A DNA stretch of 64,000 nt from Gammaproteobacteria bacterium (GCA_013003425.1 JABDJB010000006.1:8248-72247); one strand, 5' to 3'; shown: positions 1-8,494, counted from the first letter of the stretch. Numbers and translations are program-made. Notes: generated by a model from the sequence alone, not told the origin.

Positions 1-1
1 G

Positions 2-688
2 GCACCGCTGGATGTCGGTCTGGACCGAAACCCCACCGCGGGACAGTTCAGCACGCTGTTCGACGGCACGACGACACTCGTGTCGGTAACAGCCAACGGC
101 GTCGAAACCATCGTCGGTGACAGCATGACTACGGACAGCTACAGCTGGTCTGATTTTGCTGCACTGGAAGATGACAACGACGCCGCTCTCGATCTGCGTA
201 TGGCGTCAGCCGCCTACAACATGATCGAGGTGGTCCTGCGGACATCGCTGCTGCTGGAAGACATTATTACCGATGTCGAAGACAACAAGACTGTCCTGGA
301 AGGCATGAATCTTAACCAGTCGCTCGCGCTGACCTGTGACAACACCGCAGCCGACGGCAATGGGGAGTCGGTGCTGTTCTGGACTACGGACGCCAGTGGC
401 TCTGGTGCGGGCAGCATCGGTGACGGCGATGCCTTCGAAGCACGCTACGAGAACTGCCGCGACAGCAGCCGCAGTCATTTTCTTGAAGGCAGTGTGCTGC
501 TGGAAAACTACGATCCGGCCGGCGATACCGGTTTCAGCATCTTCAGCATCGATGGTGACCTGCGCGCCCTGTTCCTGGCCGACGCGGAAATTGATTTGGG
601 CACCACACCAGCCGACGCGTCCCCGCGCTACAACGGCACGTTGTTCCTGTTTTACGTCGAACTCGAACAACAGCAGACACGGTTGTAG
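2..688 (+). CDS. hypothetical acidic protein, C-terminal part (5' end lies outside the window)
   Basis: The frame of ORF 80..688 is open back to base 2. D/E-rich sequence with no motif I recognise. The stop TAG (686-688) lies inside the first REP unit. Confidence 0.45.
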   Translation, partial: APLDVGLDRNPTAGQFSTLFDGTTTLVSVTANGVETIVGDSMTTDSYSWSDFAALEDDNDAALDLRMASAAYNMIEVVLRTSLLLEDIITDVEDNKTVLEGMNLNQSLALTCDNTAADGNGESVLFWTTDASGSGAGSIGDGDAFEARYENCRDSSRSHFLEGSVLLENYDPAGDTGFSIFSIDGDLRALFLADAEIDLGTTPADASPRYNGTLFLFYVELEQQQTRL

Positions 689-951
689 GAGCGGCCTCAG
701 CCGCGAACCCCGTGCAGGCCCCGCCACGATAATTCACCCCCATTCGCGGCTAAAGCCGCTCCTACACGCAATCATTGACACCCTGCGGGAGATTCTTCGC
801 GGCTGAAGCCGCTCCTACACGCGATCGTTGGCACCACGCGAGAGGTTCTTCGGGCTTCGTGGGAGCGGCTTCCAGCCGCGACTACTAGCGACCAGGTGTA
901 AACCCTGTGGCGGGTTTTGGATGGGGTTCGCGGCTGAAGCCGCTCCTACAT
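684..951. repeat. REP cluster 1: five REP units (GT[A/G]GGAGCGGC-N3-5-GCCGCGA[A/C]) in mixed orientation, including one 92-nt REPIN-like doublet (859-950)
   Basis: GCGGC..GCCGC hairpin cores near 689, 748, 800, 863 and 931. The cluster fills the whole convergent intergenic region from stop codon to stop codon. Confidence 0.85.
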
Positions 952-1569
952 GCGACGACGGCGCTCCAGGTAGTCGTGCCACAGGATTCGTGCTGCTACG
1001 GCGCGCCAGGGTTGCCACGTACGCAGAAGACGTGCGATTCGACGTTCGCTCCGGGTTCGGTACAGATCCTCGATACCGCGCAGAAGGGCCAGGTCACCCG
1101 GCGGCCACACATCAGGACGCCGTAGCGCAAACAACAGGTAGCAGTCAGCGGTCCATTGGCCAATCCCACGAATCGAACACAGCGCTGCGCGGGCTTCATC
1201 GTCTTGCTGCCGGGCCACGACTGACAGATTCAGATCACCGTCTGCAACGTGACGGGCCAGCCCTTGTACGTAACCGGCCTTCTGGCGTGTCAGACCGCAA
1301 CCGCGCAGCTGTTCGAGCGAAGTGGCGGCCAGAGTGGTCACGGAAAACGGGCTGACGCCGGCTCGCAGCCGACGAAAGGCCGAGCGTCCCGATGCAAGTG
1401 ATACCTGCTGCTCGAGAATGATGCGTACGAGCGTTTGCCAGCCGCGCGAACGTGTCCAGAAAGGTGGTGGCCCGCGATCCTGGATAACGCGAGCCAGTAC
1501 GGGATCACTGACGCACAGTTGTTTGACCGCCGCAGCCATTGTCGCTTCATTGAGAGATGGTGCTGACAT
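946..1569 (-). CDS. DNA-3-methyladenine glycosylase II family (HhH-GPD, AlkA-like)
   Basis: 207 aa. HhH-GPD signature region ...LCSIRGIGQWTADCYLLFALRRPDVWPPGDLAL... The last codon and the TAG stop lie inside a REP unit. Confidence 0.75.
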   Translation of the reverse strand: MSAPSLNEATMAAAVKQLCVSDPVLARVIQDRGPPPFWTRSRGWQTLVRIILEQQVSLASGRSAFRRLRAGVSPFSVTTLAATSLEQLRGCGLTRQKAGYVQGLARHVADGDLNLSVVARQQDDEARAALCSIRGIGQWTADCYLLFALRRPDVWPPGDLALLRGIEDLYRTRSERRIARLLRTWQPWRAVAARILWHDYLERRRRM

Positions 1570-1592
1570 TACTACCTGTTAGTCTCATACAT

Positions 1593-2187
1593 GAGCGGCT
1601 TTAGCCGCTGATGTCTCCGCATGATGCCAAAGATTCGCTGTCGCGTGTTGTGCCAATGATCGCCTGTAGGGGCGGCTTCAGCCGCGAAGAATCTCTCGCG
1701 TGGTGTCAAAGATTCTCTGTAGGAGCGGCTTTAGCCGCGAACCCTATCCAAAACCCGCCACAGGGTTTGCACCTGGTCGCAAGTAGTCGCGGCTGGAAGC
1801 CGCTCCCACGGAAATTTGTAGCAGCTCGCTCTTGCACAACCCTGTTCCAGGTAGTCGCGGCTGGAAGCCGCTCCCACAGCCGCTCCCACAGCCGCTCCCA
1901 CGAAGCCCGCCTCTCGCGTGGTGTCAAAGATTCCCTGCAGGAGCGGCTTTAGCCGCGAACCCTATCCAAAACCTGCCACAGGGTTTGCACCTGGTCGCAA
2001 GTAGTCGCGGCTGGAAGCCGCTCCCACGGAAACTTGTAGCAGCTCGCTCTTGCACAACCCTGTTCCAGGTAGTCGCGGCTGGAAGCCGCTCCCACGGAAA
2101 CTTGTAGCAGCTCGCTCTTGCACAACCCTGTTGCAGGTAGTCGCGGCTGGAAGCCGCTCCCACAGCCGCTCCCACAGCCGCTCCCGC
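1593..2187. repeat. REP cluster 2: nine REP cores in nested tandem structure (68-bp units, 218-bp higher-order duplication, 12-nt triplications)
   Basis: GTAGTCGCGGCTGGAAGCCGCTCCCAC starts at 1783, 1851, 2001, 2069 and 2137. The block beginning ctctcgcgtggtgtcaaagattc recurs at 1693 and 1911. Confidence 0.9.
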
Positions 2188-2189
2188 GT

Positions 2190-2960
2190 TCACACGGCAA
2201 TTGACGGATAGTTTGATGAGCGTGTGCCGGGGATCGGGCGGTTGTCCGCGGTGTGGTAGGTAAAAACTGCCGAGTATTTGACCGTATCGCTGTCGTTACG
2301 GCCGGCACAATGAAACAGGCGGCTGTGGAAGAACAACGTATCGCCCGGTTCCAGCTCGACTACACGAGCCTGATCGATCAGCTCCGCGTTCTGTGCCAGC
2401 TCGGGGCGTAGAAACAGATCACGATCGAGCCGGCCACGATCAAAAGCTGTCACGTGGCTGCCCGGTATCACCTTGAGCGCGCCGTTGATCTCGCGCTCGG
2501 CCCCCAGTGCCAGCCATACCGACACCAGTTCCGGCCGGTCGAATGACCAGTAGCGGATGTCCTGATGCCACATCGTGCGACTGCTGTAACCGGGGTACTT
2601 GGTCATGACGCAGTTATGATGACCCTGCGACAGCATTACCTGCTCGCTGCCCATCAACACCCGCAGCCACGCCACCACGTCAGGGCTGGAAACCCACTGG
2701 CGAAACACGTCATCACGAGAATAGACGTGCAGCAGGCGTCGCACGGTGTCACCGCCGGCGGCGCTGCGACTCGCGGGCGAGCCAGGGTAGCCCACCTCTG
2801 TTTCGAATTCGGCCGGACCCTGCAACGGTTCCAGCGCGCCGTTAACCACGTCGAGCATGCGCCGGCGGATCGCTGCATCGACCAGGCCAGGCACCACCAG
2901 GTAGCCGTCGCGTTCAAAGCGCTTTATCGCAAGGGGCTCAGTTGCCTGCATTACAGCCAT
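2190..2960 (-). CDS. phytanoyl-CoA dioxygenase (PhyH) family Fe(II)/2-oxoglutarate oxygenase
   Basis: 256 aa. FERDGYLVVPGLV N-terminus, HQD metal triad region (WHQDIRYW) and distal His (FFHSRLFH) are typical of PhyH. Confidence 0.7.
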   Translation of the reverse strand: MAVMQATEPLAIKRFERDGYLVVPGLVDAAIRRRMLDVVNGALEPLQGPAEFETEVGYPGSPASRSAAGGDTVRRLLHVYSRDDVFRQWVSSPDVVAWLRVLMGSEQVMLSQGHHNCVMTKYPGYSSRTMWHQDIRYWSFDRPELVSVWLALGAEREINGALKVIPGSHVTAFDRGRLDRDLFLRPELAQNAELIDQARVVELEPGDTLFFHSRLFHCAGRNDSDTVKYSAVFTYHTADNRPIPGTRSSNYPSIAV

Positions 2961-3018
2961 CCGGTTTCAGGTTCAGCCTAATGGTAGCGCGGGAGCGGTC
3001 ACCACGCCCGCTGTCGGC

Positions 3019-3126
3019 TCAGGCCAGTTCAATACGGTTGCCGCCGACATCCCCTGTGTTGTTGAAGATCGTCCGGGTTGTGTAACAACCCTGATCGTAG
3101 TCCAGGACGGGCGGACGGGTCTGCTG
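3019..3126 (-). pseudogene. possible remnant of a glyoxalase/VOC-family C-terminus (no start codon)
   Basis: The 35-codon frame between two stops ends ...TIFNNTGDVGGNRIELA*, resembling the F.DPDGN.IEL terminus of VOC proteins. No start codon is present. Confidence 0.2.
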
Positions 3127-4527
3127 TTACTGGCGCGCCAGCTCGATGCGGTTGCGGCCGGCACCCTTGGCGCGATACAGCGCCCGGTCGGCCTCTTCCA
3201 CCAGCCGATGCTGGTCAAAATGGGGCCCGGGTACTGCGCTGGCGATACCGATACTGAGGGTGATGTGATCAGCGACCCGCGAGGCACTGTGCGGTATCGA
3301 CAGGCCAGCTACGGTCCGGTGCATTTTGCCGGCCAGTTCGGCTGCCTGTTCCAGGCTGGCACCGGGTATCACGATGCCGAATTCCTCGCCGCCGTAGCGT
3401 GCCGCCACCTCACCCGCACGCTGGAAACAGCTTTCAATGGCCTTGGCAACCGCATGCAGCGCCTTGTCACCGGCCGGATGGCCGTAGCGATCATTGAACG
3501 CTTTGAAAAAGTCTATATCACAAAGCACCAGCGCCACCGGCTTACTGTCGCGAGCAGCCCGCCGCACTTCCGTCGTCAGTGCCTCGTCGAAATGCCGCCG
3601 GTTGGCAATACCGGTCACTGCATCGATTCGCACCAGAAGCTCCAGCGTCTGCGAGTTGGCGCGTTCCAGTTCCACCAGCTGCTGCTGCGCCTTGTGCTCG
3701 GTGATGTCACGGGCGATGACAACGAATACGTCACGACCCTGGATCTCGATCTGGCTCACCGAGATATCCAGCGGAAAGACTGTCCCGTCCTTGCGCTGAC
3801 CGTCCAGTTCGCGGCCGTAACCCATGATGCGAATTTCGCCGGTGCGGCGATAGTGCTCCAGGTTCTCGTCATGACGGCTGGCATAGGGCTCCGGCAACAG
3901 CATCCTTACGCTTTGTTCCAGCACCTCGTCCAGGCTGTAGCCGAACATCTGCTCGGCGGCCGCATTCATTGATTCGACACGACCCTCGACATCGACCGTC
4001 AGGATGCCATCAGCCAGGTGATCAAACACGGCGTCAACCTGCGGCGCGCTCAGGTCCTCCTGGAACTGGCGCAGTACTGCAGCAGCGGTGCCGGTAAATG
4101 GCGACATCGATTCAACCAGCTCCGGCTTCCAACGCAGCGGCGCGCCAGACAACACCAGCACGCCGTGCACGACGCTACCGATACTCAATGGCAACGCAGC
4201 AGTCCCCTCATCCTGATCGGAGAACACGGCACGCTTGCGGTCGATTGCCGTACGGGCAAGCCGATCAAAATCGACCAGCGTATCTTCCCGCGGAACGTCG
4301 GCCGGTACGACATCGGTCAGCCGGCACGGTTCGCCGCCAACAACGTTGGCGAGCATACCGCCGCTGCTGTGAGTCAACTCGAGTGACCGGGACAGAATGC
4401 AGTTAATGCTGTCGCTGTGGCGTGAACCCGGCTGCAACTGCTGCTGCATAGCTGCAATAGCAGCGAGCAACGAGTGGCACCACTCGAGCTCTTCGGAGTT
4501 GTCGGGCTGACGAGCTATCGAGGTCAT
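3127..4527 (-). CDS. sensor diguanylate cyclase (GAF-like N-terminus, PAS, GGDEF)
   Basis: 466 aa. PAS-like block (DGILTVDVEGRVESMNAAAEQMFGY) and active-site motif RYGGEEFGIV, ending GAGRNRIELARQ. Confidence 0.85.
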   Translation of the reverse strand: MTSIARQPDNSEELEWCHSLLAAIAAMQQQLQPGSRHSDSINCILSRSLELTHSSGGMLANVVGGEPCRLTDVVPADVPREDTLVDFDRLARTAIDRKRAVFSDQDEGTAALPLSIGSVVHGVLVLSGAPLRWKPELVESMSPFTGTAAAVLRQFQEDLSAPQVDAVFDHLADGILTVDVEGRVESMNAAAEQMFGYSLDEVLEQSVRMLLPEPYASRHDENLEHYRRTGEIRIMGYGRELDGQRKDGTVFPLDISVSQIEIQGRDVFVVIARDITEHKAQQQLVELERANSQTLELLVRIDAVTGIANRRHFDEALTTEVRRAARDSKPVALVLCDIDFFKAFNDRYGHPAGDKALHAVAKAIESCFQRAGEVAARYGGEEFGIVIPGASLEQAAELAGKMHRTVAGLSIPHSASRVADHITLSIGIASAVPGPHFDQHRLVEEADRALYRAKGAGRNRIELARQ

Positions 4528-4651
4528 TAAACTGGGGCTTATATATGAAGCGGCAGCGGCAATTGTGGAGGACGCTACTTAATAGTTTTAAGTCTCGAAT
4601 TGCAACGAACACACCATCATTCTGTAACATTGGGACGATGTTCCCTGCCAT

Positions 4652-5320
4652 TCAGGGAATAATGGCGAACGCCCGCACCGGAAACGAGCCGGCACCAACC
4701 ACTTTGACCGGCACAGCAAAGTAGCGAAAGCCCGCATCTGGCAATGCACCAAGATCGGCCAGGTGCTCGGTAATCGGGATTCCCGCGCCAAGCAAAATCG
4801 TATGGGCAGGACGGGTACCATCCTTGATGCAGTCGATATTCAGCGAGTCAATACCGACATGCTTTACCTCTTTGTCCGCCAGCCACTGTGCAGCGTCGCG
4901 TGTCACAAACGGGTGGTTTTCAAAGTAGTGCGGTGTGCCCCAGTGCTGCGACCAGCCAGTGTGAATCAGTACAGCCTTGTTGCGCAGATCGAGTCCGTGC
5001 AGCGCAGCAACGTCGAGGCAGGCACCGTGTGTATGAATGCAAACAGCCTCCAGGTCAGCCAGTCGGTGCAGCGGTAACGCTGCGATATCGGGCTTTTCGC
5101 GAAACCGATGAAACGGAGAGTCAACATAAGTCGCCGTATTCATAACCATCTCTATATGCCCGATTTGAAACTCGGTGCCATCGGTGTAATGTGGTCGCGA
5201 GTCCTGGTGACTCAGATAAGCGTCTACGATCGGCGCCGGCAGACCGGGATAGGTCTGCACACCGCTGACGATCCGGTGGCTGAGATCAACCAGGCTTGAC
5301 ATAGTTGCTTGCCGCGACAT
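4652..5320 (-). CDS. cyclase family protein (kynurenine formamidase-like)
   Basis: 222 aa. Family-typical blocks TYVDSPFH and VLIHTGW..HWG. Confidence 0.6.
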   Translation of the reverse strand: MSRQATMSSLVDLSHRIVSGVQTYPGLPAPIVDAYLSHQDSRPHYTDGTEFQIGHIEMVMNTATYVDSPFHRFREKPDIAALPLHRLADLEAVCIHTHGACLDVAALHGLDLRNKAVLIHTGWSQHWGTPHYFENHPFVTRDAAQWLADKEVKHVGIDSLNIDCIKDGTRPAHTILLGAGIPITEHLADLGALPDAGFRYFAVPVKVVGAGSFPVRAFAIIP

Positions 5321-5406
5321 CCAGTGAATTACGTGAACTTTGTCACGTTACGGGCGTGTTTGCGACGCTGTTACCCAGCGTTGCAGGGGGGTCTGACGGC
5401 TTGCGA

Positions 5407-5422
5407 TGTGAACTGGTTCACA
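5407..5422 (+). promoter_or_regulatory. CRP/Vfr-type palindrome TGTGA-N6-TCACA, positioned as a class II activator site
   Basis: TGTGAACTGGTTCACA has perfect 7+7 arms. TAGACT (5444-5449) places the palindrome centre about 41.5 nt upstream of a predicted start near 5456. Confidence 0.4.
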
Positions 5423-5484
5423 GAATAGTCACAAATTGTGTACTAGACTGTAAAGTGGCTCAATAAGGACAACGGGGGGCGACC

Positions 5485-5661
5485 ATGAGCGACAAAAGAT
5501 CAAAGCCGGATGCCGGCAGCAAAGAAGCACGGGACTGGGACCCGTTTACAGTCTGGCAGAAGCACATCAAGGAAGCTGAGGCCAAACCGGCCGACGAAGA
5601 TCAGAACCCGACGGGGAGCTGGCGCACTGATGCAGTGTGGCAGAACCTTATTAAAGACTAA
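5485..5661 (+). CDS. small hypothetical protein (58 aa) with an internal W-x4-VWQ-x2-IK duplication
   Basis: Below the ORF-track cutoff and translated by hand: MSDKRSKPDAGSKEARDWDPFTVWQKHIKEAEAKPADEDQNPTGSWRTDAVWQNLIKD. A G-rich SD lies 5 nt upstream, and GC3-rich codon usage resembles the neighbours. Confidence 0.4.
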   Translation: MSDKRSKPDAGSKEARDWDPFTVWQKHIKEAEAKPADEDQNPTGSWRTDAVWQNLIKD

Positions 5662-5704
5662 TAGCGAACCAACGCCGGTGGGCGTCGCAGAACCTGTTTC
5701 AGGT

Positions 5705-6670
5705 CTAGTAACGAACCAGCGCTGAGCCCCAGGTAAAGCCGCCACCAAAGGCTTCCAGCAACATCAAATCACCGCGTTTGATTTTTTCCTCGCGAACGGC
5801 AACGTCCAGCGCCATAGGTACGGACGCTGTCGACGTGTTGCCGTGATCCTGTACCGTCTGGATCACTTTCTCCATCGACATACCCAGCTTGCGAGCGGTG
5901 GCCTGGATAATCCTGTGGTTGGCCTGGTGCGGAATCAGCCAGTCGAGGTCAGACCGGGTCATCCTGTTTGCCGCCAGGGTTTCCTCGACGATTGACCCGA
6001 GCGTATTGACGGCGACGCGGAATACCTCGTTACCCTTCATCTGTATCGAACAATTCTCTTGACGCATGCTGTCCATGCCCTGACCGACACCTGCGGGGAA
6101 ATAAAGCAGGTCCTTGTAAGCACCGTCGGCATGCAGATGGGTCGAGACGATGCCCGGCTCTTCGGCCGGCTCGAGTATCACCGCGCCGGCACCGTCACCG
6201 AACAACACACAGGTAGCACGGTCGTTCCAGTCCACCATGTTTGTCAGCGTCTCGCCACCCACCACCAGCGCGCATTTCGCCGTGCCTGCACGCACGAAAT
6301 TGTCGGCCACGCTCAATGCGTAGATAAACCCGGTGCATGCGGCTTCGAGACTGAACGCCGGGCAGCCGTGGATATCAAGCCGCTCCTGCAGCAGGCAACC
6401 CATGTTGGGAAAAACCTGGTCCGGCGTCGTCGTGCCGACAATGATCAGGTCTATGTCATCAGCGCCGACGCCGGCGGCCTCCATTGCCTGCCGCGCAGCA
6501 CCTTCGCACAGCGTACCGGTGGTTTCACCCTCGGATACGACGTGACGTCGTTCGATACCGGTGCGGCTGCGAATCCATTCGTCGGTGGTATCGACTATTT
6601 TTTCCAGGTCGGCATTGGTAAGAACTTTGTCGGGTAAACAGCGTCCGGTACCGGCTATACGTGAATACAT
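5705..6670 (-). CDS. fabH: beta-ketoacyl-ACP synthase III
   Basis: 321 aa. N-terminus GTGRCLPDKVLTNADLEKIVDTTDEWIRSRTGI, active-site Cys context (EAACTGF) and C-terminal GGGFTWG. Confidence 0.95.
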   Translation of the reverse strand: MYSRIAGTGRCLPDKVLTNADLEKIVDTTDEWIRSRTGIERRHVVSEGETTGTLCEGAARQAMEAAGVGADDIDLIIVGTTTPDQVFPNMGCLLQERLDIHGCPAFSLEAACTGFIYALSVADNFVRAGTAKCALVVGGETLTNMVDWNDRATCVLFGDGAGAVILEPAEEPGIVSTHLHADGAYKDLLYFPAGVGQGMDSMRQENCSIQMKGNEVFRVAVNTLGSIVEETLAANRMTRSDLDWLIPHQANHRIIQATARKLGMSMEKVIQTVQDHGNTSTASVPMALDVAVREEKIKRGDLMLLEAFGGGFTWGSALVRY

Positions 6671-7687
6671 TCAGGAAACCTCCGCATCCGGGAACATCTG
6701 CGCCAGCTGCTCGCCGATCTGGTCCGGCACGCCTTTTTCCGACTCTAGCATGGCCAGGTCGATGGCATTGGCCAGCGCAAACTCGTCAGCGTTGCCATGA
6801 CTTTTGATCACCACCCCACGCAGACCGACCAGGCTGGCACCGTTATACCGCCGCGGGTCGAGCCGGGCGCCGAGGGCGGCCAGACGGCTGTGGGCTGACG
6901 GGTCACTGGCAAATTCTTCGCGCAGCACCGTGAGAATTTCACGGTACGCACCTTCGATGGTTTTGAGGGCGACATTGCCGGTAAACCCGTCACTGACCAC
7001 AACATCGGCCCGGCCGGAAAAAATATCGTTACCTTCTACATAGCCAATGTAGTTCAGGGTCGAGCCCTGCAACAGCTCACCGGCCTTCTGGATTACCTCA
7101 GTGCCTTTGATGGATTCGACGCCTATGTTCAGCAGCCCCACCCGCGGCGAATCTATCTCGAAAATATCCCCTGCAATCACCGACCCCATCACGGCGAACT
7201 GCAGCAGGTGCGTGGCACTGCAATCCGGGTTGGCACCAAGATCGAGCATGCAGGTGTGGCCGGCGCGCGCCGGGATAACAGAGACTATCGCCGGCCGGTC
7301 GATACCCGGCATGGTTTTGAGTACATAGCGGGATTTGGCCACCAGCGCACCGGTGTTACCGGCGCTGACACAGGCATCTGCCGTGCCGGCCTTGACCAGC
7401 TCCAGCGCGCGTCGCATTGAGGAATTTTTCTTTCCACGCAGCGCCCTGGCCGGACTGTCGTCCATGGCAACGACCTCGGCAGCAGGCTCGATACTCACCC
7501 TGCCGCGAGGCAAATCAATCTCGCCCAGCAAAGCCGCCAGCACCGGCTCGGGCCCGGTCAGCACTATAGAAACGTGGGAGTGTCGCTGCAGCGCAGCCTG
7601 CGCCGCCTTGACCACAACGTCAGGCCCGCGATCGCCACTCATTGCGTCGACGGCAATTACCACCGGACGCTGGGAGTGTCCCGGCAT
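6671..7687 (-). CDS. plsX: phosphate acyltransferase PlsX
   Basis: 338 aa. IAVDAMSGDRGP N-terminus. Sits in the conserved rpmF-plsX-fabH order. Confidence 0.95.
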   Translation of the reverse strand: MPGHSQRPVVIAVDAMSGDRGPDVVVKAAQAALQRHSHVSIVLTGPEPVLAALLGEIDLPRGRVSIEPAAEVVAMDDSPARALRGKKNSSMRRALELVKAGTADACVSAGNTGALVAKSRYVLKTMPGIDRPAIVSVIPARAGHTCMLDLGANPDCSATHLLQFAVMGSVIAGDIFEIDSPRVGLLNIGVESIKGTEVIQKAGELLQGSTLNYIGYVEGNDIFSGRADVVVSDGFTGNVALKTIEGAYREILTVLREEFASDPSAHSRLAALGARLDPRRYNGASLVGLRGVVIKSHGNADEFALANAIDLAMLESEKGVPDQIGEQLAQMFPDAEVS

Positions 7688-7691
7688 GGCC

Positions 7692-7883
7692 CTAGTCTTC
7701 GGTGTCCTCGTCGAGGACTTCGATCACTCGCTTGCCCTTGTAGTAACCGTCGGCGGTGACGTGGTGGCGGCGATGAGTTTCACCGGTAGTAGGGTCGATC
7801 GACAATGCGGGTTTGCTTAACGCATCGTGCGACCGTCGCATGCCACGCCGCGAAGGCGTCTTGCGGCTCTTTTGTACTGCCAT
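7692..7883 (-). CDS. rpmF: 50S ribosomal protein L32
   Basis: 63 aa, [22 protein letters not shown]... Confidence 0.95.
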   Translation of the reverse strand: MAVQKSRKTPSRRGMRRSHDALSKPALSIDPTTGETHRRHHVTADGYYKGKRVIEVLDEDTED

Positions 7884-7898
7884 TTCTCTCTCCAGGAA

Positions 7899-8411
7899 TT
7901 AATGCCGGTCGCGCAGCATGTCTGCGAGACCAGAAAAAGGTGTAGTCGTTTCTGCCGCCGGCTTCTCAAGCTGCTCCAGGTCTCCGGTCAGAGCACCACA
8001 CTCGCCTGCCGGATGCCGTGGCGCCAGAGGCAACTCCAGCAGCACTTCGTCTTCCATCAGGTCGGCCAGCCGCAGTTCGCCATCGGGTACAACCAGCAGT
8101 TCGTAACCAGCCGGTAACTGTTCACTGTCGATATCGACCGTGCTCAGCGCCAGGTGCAATTCGTCATCGACTTCGATCTGTAAGGGTTCGAGACAACGCT
8201 GGCAGGCAACTCGCACTCGCCCATTGACCCGTGCATCAAGCAGCAACGGCTGATCGCCACTCAGTTGACAACTTACCGTTACCGGACCGGTGTCAGGCAG
8301 AACTGCTTCTGCCAGACGCGGCAACGCCGCAAGCGGCAATTCAACGCTGCCTGCTGAAGCATCACCGGCCAATGTGGCCAGCGGGAGTTTCTCGAACCAT
8401 AACGCGGACAT
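7899..8411 (-). CDS. yceD: YceD family (DUF177) large-subunit rRNA accumulation protein
   Basis: 170 aa acidic protein with a CQRC..C motif, immediately upstream of rpmF as in other gammaproteobacteria. Confidence 0.8.
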   Translation of the reverse strand: MSALWFEKLPLATLAGDASAGSVELPLAALPRLAEAVLPDTGPVTVSCQLSGDQPLLLDARVNGRVRVACQRCLEPLQIEVDDELHLALSTVDIDSEQLPAGYELLVVPDGELRLADLMEDEVLLELPLAPRHPAGECGALTGDLEQLEKPAAETTTPFSGLADMLRDRH

Positions 8412-8494
8412 AAGCGCGCTATAATAGTGGCCCTGTTACGCAGTGTCAAAGCAAAGAACTGTACATAACTGGCTGTAATCACTAGGAAAAACCT

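Noticed and set aside
1611-2308. Overlapping ORFs on both strands (1611..1952, 1706..1927, 1832..2107, 1924..2193, 1949..2308), and similarly 46576..47126
   Set aside because: They lie entirely in REP arrays. Their repetitive peptides (VASSRGWKPLPR..., MVAGSRGRMPLPHS x5) are translations of the DNA repeats in several frames at once and are not genes.
5672-5704. Two short stem-loops (ACGCC-GGTG-GGCGT and ACCTG-TTT-CAGGT) between the 58-aa ORF and fabH, and AACCGGC-GACG-GCCGGTT at 46623-46640 after ygfZ, considered as intrinsic terminators
   Set aside because: The stems are only 5-7 bp and none is followed by a U-tract on the relevant strand. I did not annotate them as terminators.
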